Notes: generated by a model not told the origin, from the letters alone. A stretch of 64,000 nucleotides of DNA from Diplonema japonicum (GCA_964019335.1 OZ025648.1:868001-932000), one strand, 5' to 3'; shown: positions 45,808-57,805, counted from the first letter of the stretch. Numbers and translations are program-made.

Positions 45808-48698
45808 ATGAACCCCGAAAGCCCGCGGAGCCCCGGCAGGATGTCCCCACGACGACCAAGCGTGAAGTCCGTCTTCTGGAAAGTGGTGGTTTTAATGATA
45901 CTGTTTTTAGGATGCAGCCTGACCGTGGGCTTGCACGCCACGGGCGTGATAGGAAACGTCTACCGGGTAACAGTAGTAGGCGTGGGCACAATGGAGTATC
46001 AAGGAAATCCTAGTTTCGTCAGGGAGCTAGTAGGGAACCACAGCAACCCAGGCATAGGGTATCTTAAGAAGCAGTCGATGCTGACCCCGCCGTATCGGAT
46101 AGAAGTGGAATGGGTTTTGGTATATGCATCGAACCTGAATGTCAACGTGAAAAAGCTCCCGAAATCTGTAATGGGCGTGACTATAAAGGCCCTTCAGCCC
46201 CCTGGGATGGTAAGTTACACAGAACTCGCAAACTTCGGATCTGAGTTCACCTCTCAAAGGACAACGCATATAATGCTGTTATCGCTGACGCACTCCCCAT
46301 CGCAGGGACTCATCAAACATCTCCTCAAACCTCACTTGGACCACGTGGACATAGGTGTCACAGGGTGTACCATCACCACCAAGGACACTGTCGGTGTCCC
46401 GAAGGTAGTTGAGCATGGTCTTATCGTCGGTAACGGGTGGTCCGACACCACGTGGAAAGCACATCTCCTCAGGCAATATTCAGGATTCACACCGATCGAC
46501 CACCGTGTCAGTGATATCTCTGAAGTGGTCGCTGTCAGTCCTTACTGCATGTTCACAGACATGGTGTTGTGGACTGCCTTGAAAGGCCTTCGAAAACTAT
46601 CATCCGGAATACAGGAACAACTTGCATTGGGCATCCTCCCGAAAGATTTCACATTCAAACAAACGATCTACCTCAAGAAGAAGGTCCTCGCGCTAGGTGC
46701 CCTCTCGGTCTCAATCCCTATCAAGAACGACGTCACGCTTAAGCAGAAGAAGACCAGGGCATCTGCGGAGAACGCGCTTGCAGACGCGGTGAACCTGTTG
46801 GAAACCATAGAAGGAAAAGGCTTCTACGACAAGGCGGAAAAACTTACTCTTCTTGACGAAGATCTAAAGCGGCACGGCAGGTCCGGTCATGAACAGCTGG
46901 ACGCTTTGCTGACAGAAATCAAACCTCTTATATTAAAGATGAAGGACCTGCACATGTCCGGTGTGACGGGATCGCAAGAGGAAGGGGGTTGGGATATGTC
47001 CCTTCGGTTACGCCAGCGTGACTTGAAGGTGCTTGTGGTACCAACAACAGCTGAGGTGCTGCGGGGAAACTTGCCGCCGACCATGCTGCCTGTTGGGGGG
47101 AACGAGTCTGTTCCATTCTCCCCACCTTCGCACGTTATAGACGGGACCTTCGCGAAGATATGGGGAAACATCATCGGGAAGTTCTGGCCCGGGAACATGG
47201 ACGCGCATGTCATTAACGATGAGTCGGGGACCGGCGCACAGCGCAAGCTCCCGCAGTCTTCAATGCGTGTTATCTGGCAGAGCTTTTGCTGCCATTGCTG
47301 TGGGTATGAATGTGGGAAGAAAGAAAGAGAAGAAAAAAAACCCCCCCTCAGATTCTCCAACGAAATCTTACACCTCGTTTTTCCCCTGCAGCGGAAACAC
47401 GCAGTCGACCTCATCCCTTCCCCAGACTGTTTCTGTCAGGTATTTTCATTTTTTTTTTTTTTGAAAAAAAAAAAAGAAATCCACATTTTACAGGGCTACC
47501 CCAGCGCAGTTCTGGACAGTCTGTCTAGGATGCACCTTCCGAAACCTTTAATGGAAAGGCCTGTCAACCACGAGGACATCGTGATATGGGTGAGCCACAC
47601 GGATCCAGGGAGCTATTTGACGGGGGACTTGGAGAGGAAGAAACCTACTTACGTCGTGGGTATGACTACCACCACCCAACAAAGAAAAAAAAAACCCCCT
47701 CCCCCTCAGGAAGGAGCATGTACGAGTTCACAAAAATACCAGGAAGGTGGGTGAACGAGTGCAGGGACAACGCAGACGAGATTTGGGTACCATCGTCCTT
47801 TGTGAGGGATGTCTGGGTGGACAATGGTGTGGCTGAGGATAAGGTTGTTCTCATCCCGGAAGCAATTGACGTGTACTTCTTCGACCCTGATGTGGCAGGG
47901 AAGGTGTCGATACCTTTCCCGCAGAAGTGGAAACACTACGACTCGATTCCCGGGAGGCTCAGACAACAACACACATTCAAATTCCTGTCCCATTTCAAAT
48001 GGGAGGACCGCAAAGGCTGGGACATCCTCATTGAAGCTTACTTCTCGTCTTTTTCCCGAGCCGAAAATGTAACGCTTGTCATTCTGACACACATATGGTT
48101 CCCAGGTCCACCAGAGACACATGGCGACGCCACCAATCACACATTTGTGAAGGAAAAAATCGAAGATTATGCGAAAAAACACATGAACAGGGAACCGAGT
48201 ACATTGCCGCACTTTGTTATCATTACTAGCAGGCTGTCGGAGGAGGATGTGGCTGCGCTGTACAACACCATGGACGGGTTTGTCCTTCCCACTAAAGGGG
48301 AGGGTTGGGGGTTGCCTCCTTTGCAAGCTATGTCCATTGGGATACCTACTGCAACTACGAATTGGTCTGGGTCGGTGGACTTTCTCGATCCGAAACATTC
48401 TTTTCCCATTCCCATCGATAAGCTTGAAGAGCTCCCAACCGACTCTGTCTACGGCTACGTTTCTGGTAAGCTGTGGGCAAGGCCTTCTCTGTACGAAACC
48501 TCCAGAATCATGAAGTACATGGCCAACCCTGCCAACAAACTTGAAATGAAGGAAATTGGCCATCGTGCTCGAGCACACGTTGTCAAGCACTACAGTGAAG
48601 AAGCGGTTGCGGAAATCGTGTCGAACAGAATCACAACCATCAAAGGAATTATTCTGAACGGGCAGGTGCCTAGAAGGCATCCGAGGAACTGGGGGTGA
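45808..48698 (+). CDS. type II membrane glycosyltransferase: degenerate GT2-like region plus C-terminal GT4 domain
   Basis: TM near N-terminus; GT4 motifs GRSMYE, ADEIWVPS, FKFLSHFKWEDRKGWDIL, LPTKGEGWGLP..QAM. Introns 47304-47351, 47440-47493, 47660-47709. Confidence 0.8.
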
Positions 48699-49900
48699 AC
48701 CACCTTTTTTTTTTTTTTTTTTTTTTTTTCTTTTTTGAGAAGAGAAAAAAAAAGAAGGGAAAAAAAAAAAGGGAAGAACAGCCATGCGTGGTTTTTTTTT
48801 TTTTTTTGTGTTTGTTTGTTTGTAGTGTTGCGTTTTCTTCTTCTTTTTTTTCCCCCCTCCCTTTTAGCCCCTCGCCACCAACCCCTTTTTTCTTGTTTTA
48901 CTTGATTCGATAAAGAGGGGGAACTTGGGGGGTGGGGAGGAAGAAAAAAAAAAATAAAGAAATGGGTGTATTAAAACACTCTCGTTTTCTTTTCTTTTTT
49001 TTTTTTTGTTTTCTTTTTTTTTTCCCCAGGCCTTGAAGAAAAAAAGAAAAAGAAAAAAAAAGAACTGGTGAGCCGTTACTCTTTTAATGTGGCAGTGCCG
49101 AAGGGGAGGAAACGAAAAGAAGCCATAATATGGTAAGACTTGTCGTTTTTTTTTTTCTTTTTTTTTCCCGCCGAAGTTTCTAGGTCTCAGGCTGCCATTA
49201 ATAGCAGCCTAATTGATAACAATGGAAGCAAGGGAGGTGAATCAGTGATGGGTCTTTAAAAAAAAAAAAAAAATAATAATACATAATACCGTAAATCCGA
49301 TTTGCATTTCCTTAACAAGGTTCATGAGTGATTACATGCTGAAATAAAGTTTGATTTTTTTTTTTTTTTGTTTGTTTAGTTTCTTTCTTCTTTTTTTTCT
49401 TTTTTTTTTTTTTTTTTTCCTTGAACGGGAGTGGAAGGGGTTAAAGATCAAGCACTATCAATTACGTTGAGGCAATTGAACAACGTGGCTGCAAAAAAAA
49501 AAAAAAAAAAAAGCTTTATTTTGTTTTCCTTTTCTTTTTTCTTTTTTTTTTTCTTTTCTTCATTTCTCCTTCAACCCTCATCCCTTGCTGTGTAGGTATA
49601 AAAATAAATTTTAAAGGGTTGGGCGCAAGCGAAAAAAAAAAAACAAAAAAAAATTCCGTTTTTTTTTTTCTTCTTTTTTTTTTTTTCAGATTTCTGGGCA
49701 GCAAGAAACCAAGGGTCTTCGGGACCTTGGTCTCTCAAGGTGTATGACGACACCTCCCCTTTAAAGCGAGTCAATTCCTTTTTTTTCTTTTTTTTTTCCC
49801 CCTAGGCATTTCCACATAAACTTGTATCGCTAAAAAGAAAAAAAAAAACCCCCCTTACATAGAGGAAGCGTGGAATCGAAAAAAAAAAAAAGAAAAAAAA

Positions 49901-51187
49901 ATGAACCATCTCTCAATGTTCCTCCTGTTTCTCACCCACGCAGCAGCGCAAACAAACCAAGAAACAAAATACACACCCACAACGATGAAAATAGCCTTCG
50001 GAAGCTGCAACCGACCCCACGAACCTACCAACATCTGGCCAAGGGTGGGCAGCTACGCCCCCGACACATGGGTGTGGCTAGGCGACAACGTCTACCTCGA
50101 CGATAAAAAAAGAGGTTTTTACGGACTGGACGAGGCGAAACTGATATACAAAAGCATGCAAGAAAAACCAGAATATGTGAATGCAATGAGCAAAGTACGC
50201 AATGTCATAGGCACTTGGGACGACCACGACCTTGGGAAGAATAACATGGGCGCAGATTTCAAACACAAGAATGACACAAAAAAACTGCTTCTGAATTTTC
50301 TAAAAATGTCGGAGTCGGATCTGGCAATAAAAAACGGCGGTGTTTTCCACAAAAAGATTGTTGAGACGAACGGGAAGAAAACCGCGTTCGTCATGACAGA
50401 CGCACGATGGTACAAAACCGAAACCCAACTACTCGGCGAACCTCAGTGGGAATGGCTGAAAAACATTTTCCTCCACGAGTCATACGACCTCATAGTACTG
50501 GCCTCATCCATACAGGTAACCGCAGACTGGGGAAGCAGTTTTCCAATCCTCAAAAGGTTGGAACGTTGGGGGGACTACCCAGAAGAGCTTTCTAGGCTCA
50601 TCGAGTACATTGAAAAAAGCAATTCCCCAACAGTAATATTATCAGGCGACGTTCACTACGGTGATATTGCCACAATGGGCCCAGGGTGTGTGCTCAATGG
50701 GGTTGAGTTGAACAAGAAACTTGTTGAAGCTACTTCTAGTGGGATCACACATAGTGTGATGAATCACATCCAACCGTCGTTTTTATGGAAGAAAATCGTT
50801 AATCGGGTCGATATCACCCCGCTTGCTTTTTCTATGGAGAGGCGTCGGGACATTCTGCTGGACAAAAACTGGGGGACTATCGACGTGTCCTTTTTGCCTC
50901 ACGGTGTCAGCGTTAACATCTCAATCCACGATGAAACACGGCCCCGGCTCAACTTCGTCCATACCTTTCATTCTTCAGTCTTAGGTGGTGGCAACGGTAC
51001 AGCTTCGTCTGGGTTACCGTGGTGTCCTGTTGAGGCGACGCATCCTGCGGCTCATCCCTGGGCGTCGATGGCCATTGGAGTGCTGGTGTACTTGTTTGTA
51101 AACTCTGTGCTGTTTCTGTTGCCTGTTTTGCTGTGCTTCAAGCTGCTGTGGAGGGCCGTCAAAATGCCCAAGGAAAAAGAAGAATGA
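49901..51187 (+). CDS. phoD: PhoD-like alkaline phosphatase (signal peptide, C-terminal TM)
   Basis: IAFGSC, WLGDNVYLD, WDDHD, LGEPQWEWL, LSGDVH. Confidence 0.9.
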   Translation: MNHLSMFLLFLTHAAAQTNQETKYTPTTMKIAFGSCNRPHEPTNIWPRVGSYAPDTWVWLGDNVYLDDKKRGFYGLDEAKLIYKSMQEKPEYVNAMSKVRNVIGTWDDHDLGKNNMGADFKHKNDTKKLLLNFLKMSESDLAIKNGGVFHKKIVETNGKKTAFVMTDARWYKTETQLLGEPQWEWLKNIFLHESYDLIVLASSIQVTADWGSSFPILKRLERWGDYPEELSRLIEYIEKSNSPTVILSGDVHYGDIATMGPGCVLNGVELNKKLVEATSSGITHSVMNHIQPSFLWKKIVNRVDITPLAFSMERRRDILLDKNWGTIDVSFLPHGVSVNISIHDETRPRLNFVHTFHSSVLGGGNGTASSGLPWCPVEATHPAAHPWASMAIGVLVYLFVNSVLFLLPVLLCFKLLWRAVKMPKEKEE

Positions 51188-51223
51188 TGTTGTAACCGTT
51201 TGCGAACGAGCAAAGAATAACTC

Positions 51224-51256
<33 letters not shown>

Positions 51257-51290
51257 CCAACGAACTACTTCGTTCCTATCATAGTGAATA
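51257..51290 (+). repeat. short repeat family D (T-tract embedded)
   Basis: AAC(T/C)ACTTCGT(T)TCCTATCAT(A/T)GTGA also occurs at 57850-57875; both copies are followed by T runs. Confidence 0.55.
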
Positions 51291-51501
51291 TTTTTTTTTT
51301 TTTTTTTTTTTCCTTTTTTTTTAAAGACCCCCTTCCCCTTTTCGGAGGAAAACAAAAAAGCAGGAAGTCTTTTTTTTTTTTTTTAGAATTGTGAAAAGAG
51401 AAGAAAAAAAGAGGAGGAAAAAAAAAAAAAAGACTTCTTCTTTTGCTTGTTATTCCATACGAGGGCTCTCTTCTCTCTTTCCCCCCTTCCTTTTTTTTTT
51501 T

Positions 51502-51543
51502 TAGGCGATCCTGTCACATACTGCAGGTTCCCTTCAAAGACAT
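51502..51543 (+). repeat. family B 3'-terminus-only copy
   Basis: 41/42 identical to 23669-23710; embedded in a T-tract. Confidence 0.85.
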
Positions 51544-51775
51544 TTTTTTTTTTTTTTCTATCCGCATTCTTTCAATTGTCTTTTTTTTTATTATTATTAT
51601 TATCTAACCTCGATTTTTTTTTTCTTTTGCAGAAAAAAAAAACTTGTTCTTTCTATTACCCTTTGCCAACCTGGTGCTACGGATATCCAGTAAAGACATG
51701 CTGAATCAATTTTGCACAGGAGAGGAGGAGGAAGGGAGAAGGAAGAAGGGGGAAACAGAATAAAAGGAGGGGAAA

Positions 51776-52150
51776 ATGAGCGAAATGCCAGAAATTGAAG
51801 CACCGAAAATAGAAGCAGAAGACAAGCCCGTCAGCGTCTCGACCTTCGTTCAGGATTTGCTGGGGAAGGAGGTGGTTGTAAAGGTGAATATTGGTATGTG
51901 GGAAAGAAGGGGAATAATCATAATAGGGTCTGAGTACAAAGGCACACTGTCGTGCCTGGATGGTTTAATGAACATTGTGCTGCAGAATGTGGAGGAACAC
52001 GCTGGTGGCCGGGTAAAAAAAACCTACAAAAACGCCTTTATAAGAGGCAACAACGGTACGGGAAAAAAAAAACCTTCTAAAAAAAAAAAAAAAATCCTTC
52101 CATCCACAGTACTTTACATATCTGTTGCGAAAAGTAAGTTGTTAAAGTAG
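51776..52150 (+). CDS. LSM6: U6 snRNA-associated Sm-like protein LSm6
   Basis: Spliced GKEVVVKVNIG/SEYKGTLSCLDGLMNIVL...AFIRGNN/VLYIS. Introns 51894-51926 and 52056-52109. Confidence 0.85.
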   Translation: MSEMPEIEAPKIEAEDKPVSVSTFVQDLLGKEVVVKVNIGMWERRGIIIIGSEYKGTLSCLDGLMNIVLQNVEEHAGGRVKKTYKNAFIRGNNGTGKKKPSKKKKKILPSTVLYISVAKSKLLK

Positions 52151-52302
52151 TGTTTTTTTTTTTTTTTTATTATTATTCTCCGTAATCATGTTGGTATTAC
52201 CACCACCCCACCTTTTTTTTTCCCCCAAAAAAAAAAGATTTTTATCAAGGTTGGGGGTGAGAAGGGAGAGAGAGAGAGAAAAAAAGGGGGTGAAGAAATA
52301 AA

Positions 52303-55236
52303 ATGAGCTTCATAAAAAAGCTCATAAAGCCCAAGAAAAAGAAGAAGAAAGATGAAGCGGTTTTGACACAGTTTATAGAAAGGACGTTTCTGTTGCAAGT
52401 TCCGGTTGGCTTCGACACCGAGAAGCTAGAAGAAAAACTGGCAAAGGTGGGAAGCGAGGAAACGATGATGGCACTGAACTGCACCACGCTGCAGTCCCTG
52501 GGAGAGTTCCAGCAAATGAAGTTCGAAGACGGACAACGACCAGAAGACCTGGGCATGCTGATGAAAGTCTGCCTTCAAATCCACAAATGGCTCAGTTCCT
52601 CCCCTTCAGCCCTCGCGGTCATTGTAACAAATTTCGGTCCTGCCGACCCTGCTGCCCTCATATGCGGCTGTCTCATGTACTATATGCATCCCTCTGCCTT
52701 TGGCGGTTCGCCGATCGAAAAGCTTCGTGACAACAACGTTGTGTCCTTCTTCCCTTCTACCTCGCGGTATGTGAAGTGGTTCGGTTTCACCCTGCAAGGC
52801 ATCCACCTGCATACCGATCGTATGCTTCTTCAACGAATTGTCATCAAGAAAGCGGGCGATCTAACATACGACAATTTTGCCCTCTCAATCACCGACCCGA
52901 AAAGCAACCCCCTCTACCACACTAGGGATCCCGACATCTTCCAGTTGGACGATTCCATTGATATAAAACTCGATAAGTGCTCGATTTTCGGTGATTTTGA
53001 AATATCGTATGTAGTATACCTGACTGAGGAGGAGCCTCCTCGGACGGAGTGCAAGCTCAGATACGCGTTTTCAACATTTTTCCTGTCCCTCCCTGAAGGC
53101 GCCGACACCATTGCTCATGCCGTGCCACGGGATGAGCTCGACTACACCTCCACCAGCAAGATGGTTGATCCCGGCCTCACCATGACCCTTCACTTTCAGA
53201 AGTCCCCTGTAGACGAGGCCATCGCGGAAGACACCATTCTCATTGATGATGTGAGCCGAATAGTCACCCACGCTCCTAGCACCAATGCCGGGTACGACCT
53301 TACTATTAACATAAACGGGTCGCCTGACGCTACTGCCAAAGGGTCCGTGGAGCAGACACAGGATTATGAGTACGTTGCTTTAAAGCTTTCCGAGGATACG
53401 CCTTATAACACGCTCGTTAAGGAGTTTAAGGAGTCTATTAAGGAGAAGGCGAATACTAGTTTTGACTCCTTTCCGCAGCATAAGCTCAATGATGATACGA
53501 CTGCCAACGAGCTTGATGGATTCTTTCATGAGTCGCCCTGTACACCTCTCTCGCCGACCGGTTTTGGTGCTTCTCCGCCGCCTCCGCCTATGGCAGTGGG
53601 ACCCCCAAAACTTGGAGTGATGCCCCCGCCCCCGCCCCCACCCCCTCCCGGGGCACCTCCTCGAGCTCCTCCGCCTCCTGGTGCCCCGGCACCCCCGCCT
53701 CCTCCGCCCGGTAAGGGAGCACCCCCCCCGCCTCCCCCCGGAGGCGGCCTCGCGCCTCGCCCTCCTCCGCCTCCTCCTGGAAAAGGTGTACCTCCACCCC
53801 CTCCAGCTGGAGGAATCCCTCCTCCCCCTCCGCCGCCTGGAAAAGGTGGCCCTCCACCACCTCCCGGTGCCCCTGGCGCGCCGCCCCCGCCTCCACCTAT
53901 GTTCGGGAGTGCTGCAAAACAGGTTACGAAAGCTCTGCACTGGAAAAAGGTTCAGGTGAACATCGCAGCAGGCTCCGTGTGGGAGAGCATCTCCGAGAGG
54001 AGCAAAAAGGACTCCGCCATCAACCTGGACAACCTGAAGGAGATGTTCAAAAAGGAAAGCACCGCGAAGAAAGCGCAGGAGAAGAAACAAAACACGAAGA
54101 AGCAGTCGACAGCCATCTCGGGCAAGAGGTTAAACAACCTGGGCATCGTGCTGAAGGCGGTGAAGGTACACAAAAAAAAAACCCCCCCTCTCCCTTCAAA
54201 AAGAAAAAAAAAACCCACCCTCCAGCTATCGCCTGAACAGATAAGGGACGCACTGCTGCAGTGCAATCAAGAAACGATGACGCAGGGCGTGTTGGAACAG
54301 ATGTACCCAATCATACCAGACGAGGAGGAGGTAAAGGGAGTGATGAAGGAGGTGGGGTCGGATGTAGAATGGACCATCATGCATGTATGTTACTTCCTTT
54401 CTTGCTTCACAACCTTCCATCAGGAGTACGTCCACATCATGGCACGGGACGTCCCTGACATGAAGGAGCGCATCCTGCTGTGGCTCTTCACATACGAGTT
54501 CAAAGAAGCGATGGACACCACACTGTTCGACATCGAGAGGCTGCAGACCGCACTGGACCTCCTGCTTCTTGAAAAAAGCAAGTTTTTGGACGTTCTAGCT
54601 GCCGTGCTTGCTGTGGGTAATACACTGAATGAGGGGACTTCGAAAGGTGCTGCTATAGGATTCTCTGTAGGCGACTTGGACAAGGTATGGGGCACTGGGG
54701 AATGCATTATAACAGCTATGTGCGTTGCGGGCCACAGACGGTTCCACTCTGCTCGAGTTTTTTGTGAAGAATATCGTCGAAAACTCGCCTGAGCTGCTTG
54801 GTTTTGTTGAAGAGCTTGCGCCGCTTGCGGCGGCACTCAACGTGCCCCTCTCCATGGTGCAGCAGGAGGTCGGGAAGCTGGCGGCGAGATTCAAGAAAAT
54901 AGACTCGAAGGTGTCGGGAGAGGATGCCTTCTCGATGATGCTCAAAGGGTTCAAAGACAGAAACGCTGCCAATGTGGCCAAGCTTGTCTCGTCAAGAGAA
55001 ATCGTAAGCAAAAAAGTCCGGAAGCTGGCCGATCATTTTGGAGAGGTGTGGCGGAAAAAAAAAAAAAAAAAAAAAAAAAAACACAGACGGCGGCTCAGTT
55101 CGACGAGACACAGTTTTTTTCACACATCAACACGTTTCGGTTGGCGTTTCAGAAAACCTTGAACGCGCACAAAGAACGGGAAGCTCGGAAAAAAAAGCAG
55201 AAAAAAGAAGAGCTCCAGCAGGCAAGCCGTCCTTGA
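52303..55236 (+). CDS. formin with N-terminal PTEN-like/C2 region, FH1 and FH2
   Basis: PSTSRYVKWF and IFGDF (PTEN/C2-like); polyproline FH1; KALHWKKV, KRLNNLGIVL, VLAVGNTLN...GF, TLLEF. Introns 54166-54225, 54385-54423, 54685-54715, 55046-55086. Confidence 0.9.
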
Positions 55237-55348
55237 ACAGAAAGAAGAACAAAAAAATTTTAAAAAAAGAGTTTTGACCCCCTCTTTTTCTATCCTCTTA
55301 TTCCGACTCTCTTCTTCTCATTTCCTGGAATCGCTTTTTTTGAGTGGG

Positions 55349-55385
<37 letters not shown>

Positions 55386-55391
<6 letters not shown>

Positions 55392-55891
55392 TTAATTCGA
55401 GCCGGGTTTTCAAGGGTGGGAGTGAAAATAATATTTCACTTTATATCACGCTCAACATTATATTCACTCCCAGCTTATAGAGAAATAAGGCCCAGGAGTG
55501 ACATAATGTACAGGAGTGATCTAATGTTACATTATGTCACTCCTAGAAACACAGAAAACTATGGGAAGAAAGCCTAAGGCGATGGGGAGGATTACACGTC
55601 TCAGGGGTGCTAGTCAGTCTGCTCAACCCATCCCAGAATCAAGATTCTGCAGTGGGCCCCCGCATCCACCATACATGCAACCTCAGATGGTTCCGGCGGT
55701 AGCGATGCACAGGATAAGCCTCGACATCAACATTAATGTTAAGACTGACGAGAACTGGTAACTTGAAATCCCCCTTGTAGCTTGTAATACCTAACCTTTT
55801 TTGCTGCCTCTCAGTTTTGATTTCTTCTTGTAACCTGTGCCCTGCACCTGTAACTTCCCACCCTTTCAAACCCGGCTCTTATTAAATAAAA
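55386..55891. mobile_element. non-autonomous TIR/foldback element (~37-bp imperfect TIRs, internal hairpins)
   Basis: TTTTATTTAATTCGAGCCGGGTTTTCAAGGGTGGGAG ... CTTCCCACCCTTTCAAACCCGGCTCTTATTAAATAAAA; internal 17-bp perfect IR AGGAGTGACATAATGTA/TACATTATGTCACTCCT. Confidence 0.7.
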
Positions 55892-55896
55892 CAACA

Positions 55897-56051
55897 TATT
55901 AAATGAAAATAAGTGCATTATTTCACTTGTGGTGGCGGGTTTAACTCGAAATTATTACTACACTCGCTACGCTCGTGAAGTAATTCGGATCTCTCTCGTT
56001 AAACCCCCTGCCACCACGCGTGAAATAATGCAATCTTATTTTCATTTAATA
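55897..56051. mobile_element. palindromic foldback element (~50-bp arms)
   Basis: TATTAAATGAAAATAAG-TGCATTATTTCAC..GTGGTGGC-GGGTTTAAC is mirrored at 55998-56051; centre ACTCGCTACGCTCGTGA. Confidence 0.75.
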
Positions 56052-56633
56052 AATAGTTATTCTCTAACTGAACAAGTGGAATAAGAGGGGAAGGTAGAGG
56101 GTGTCAGGATATTTTTCTTTTTTTTTTTTTGCCACGGTGTTTTTCTCGAAGCCGTGTGCTGTGTAAATTACAACACCACCCTCCCCCCATTCTGTCATTC
56201 TTTCTCCGTTTCTCTACCCCTGTTTAAATAGTTAGTTGCATTGGCCAGACAGAAAAAGAAGAAGAAGAAGAAGAAGAAGAAGAAGACCTTAATCTCCACC
56301 CCCAAACCACACTATTACGCGGGCAAGTGCCGGTTTTTTTTCTCTTTTTTTTTCTCTTTTTTATTCCTGGAGAAGAAAAAAAAGGGGGGAGAGAAGAAAA
56401 GAAGAAGAGAGAAAAAGACACCCCCGGTTTTTTTTTCCCCCCATCTATACCTTCTTCTTTTTTTTTTCTTCAAACAAATGCCATACATTTTTTTTTCTCC
56501 ATGCGTTACGGGTTGTGTCTTGGTTCCCCCCCCTACCCCTCCTCTTCTATCCAATCACACTAGGACACAGGGTTCAAGAAAAAAAAGGGGAGAAAAAAAA
56601 AAAAAAAAACCGGGGTTCAAATTTGTGTATGTG

Positions 56634-56890
56634 ATGTCTTGGATCAAGCATGTCGATGACTCAACTGGGAGAGAGTATTGGTACAGTCAGGAAACCTTTG
56701 AAAGCAGGTGGACGGACCCAGAGGAGGTCTGTGAAGTGAAAGAGGACAAGGTGGGAGAGGAGAGCGACGAGGAAAAAGCCGAGTACTTATTCACAAAGTA
56801 CGACGAAGACGAAGATGGGAAATGGCTGGAGGCGGAGGTCACGAAAGCGGTCCCATCGTTGAACCAAGAAGCTTACGAGATGGTATAAAC

Positions 56891-56937
<47 letters not shown>

Positions 56938-57149
56938 AGCGTTGCTCGCATCTTAAAGTCCCGTCTTCTGAAGGCTGGACGCGCCAAGATGTAATTGACA
57001 TGTATATGAATGAACCAGGCCGCCGTTCACTCAAATCTGATTACAAGTCAGCCAAGCAAGAGAAGATCCCAGAGGCGGTGATGATCGCAGCTGGTGCAGC
57101 GCCACCCCCTATTGTTGTGGATTCTTTCCCCCCACCACAGACCCGGCAG

Positions 57150-57181
<32 letters not shown>

Positions 57182-57555
57182 CCCTCTCTCAATTTTTACA
57201 GAATTTGATGATAAGCGGGTCCACACGAGCGCCGGCGAAGAGAAAAATGAATTCTAAAAAGAAGAAGTCAAGCAAGGATGTGCTGGAGACCCCGCTCAAA
57301 GAAGATTTGACGTGCTCCGAGGAACTCATCAACTATTATGACGCTCTTCTGCTTCAGAATTTCGTGCAGCAAGAGCAACTCAAGCACATCACCCTGTCGG
57401 CTCTCACACAAGCGAGCATGGCACACTGCCACCCCCACCCCCACCCCCAGCAGATTGATCAGTGCAAAAGAAAATTTAAGAAACAATCAATGCCGGCTCC
57501 AACTATAGCCGCCTTGGCAGCATCTGATCATGCTATCGTCCCCCTCGCACCGTGA
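56634..57555 (+). CDS. WW-domain and EF-hand-like protein
   Basis: WIKHVDDSTGREYWYSQETFESRWTDP; LFTKYDEDEDGKWLEAEV. Introns 56883-56939 and 57150-57201 join three ORFs in frame. Confidence 0.75.
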
Positions 57556-57559
57556 AGGG

Positions 57560-57592
<33 letters not shown>

Positions 57593-57671
57593 TTCCCACA
57601 CATACCCCTTGCCTTCCCCCACGCTTTTTATCTCTTTAATTGACACACCTTGCAGAATTTTTTTTTTTCTT

Positions 57672-57805
57672 TTAGGATTTTTAGGATTGGGGGTGGAAAG
57701 TCCACCCTACAGTTAACGTGCGCACCGTCACGTGCGCACCGCCCGCTCCAGGGACTTGGTGTTTCACTGGGCTCTGCAGTACAAAAACCCTTTAAAGAAT
57801 CCTAA
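57672..57805. repeat. small TIR-bounded element (MITE-like)
   Basis: TTAGGATTTTTA...TAAAGAATCCTAA; internal GGGTGGA-AAG-TCCACCC hairpin and a tandem ACGTGCGCACCG x2. Confidence 0.45.

Noticed and set aside
49696-49765. Hammerhead ribozyme (GAAAC-stem-GTC ... ATGACGA)
   Set aside because: The core reads ATGACGA rather than CTGANGA, and stems I and II cannot form.
53575-53900. Tandem-repeat element
   Set aside because: It is the polyproline FH1 coding region of the formin.
57690-57800. RNase P/MRP RNA (GGAAAGTCC motif)
   Set aside because: The motif is locked in a local hairpin, the region is too short (~135 nt), and there is no convincing P4 partner.
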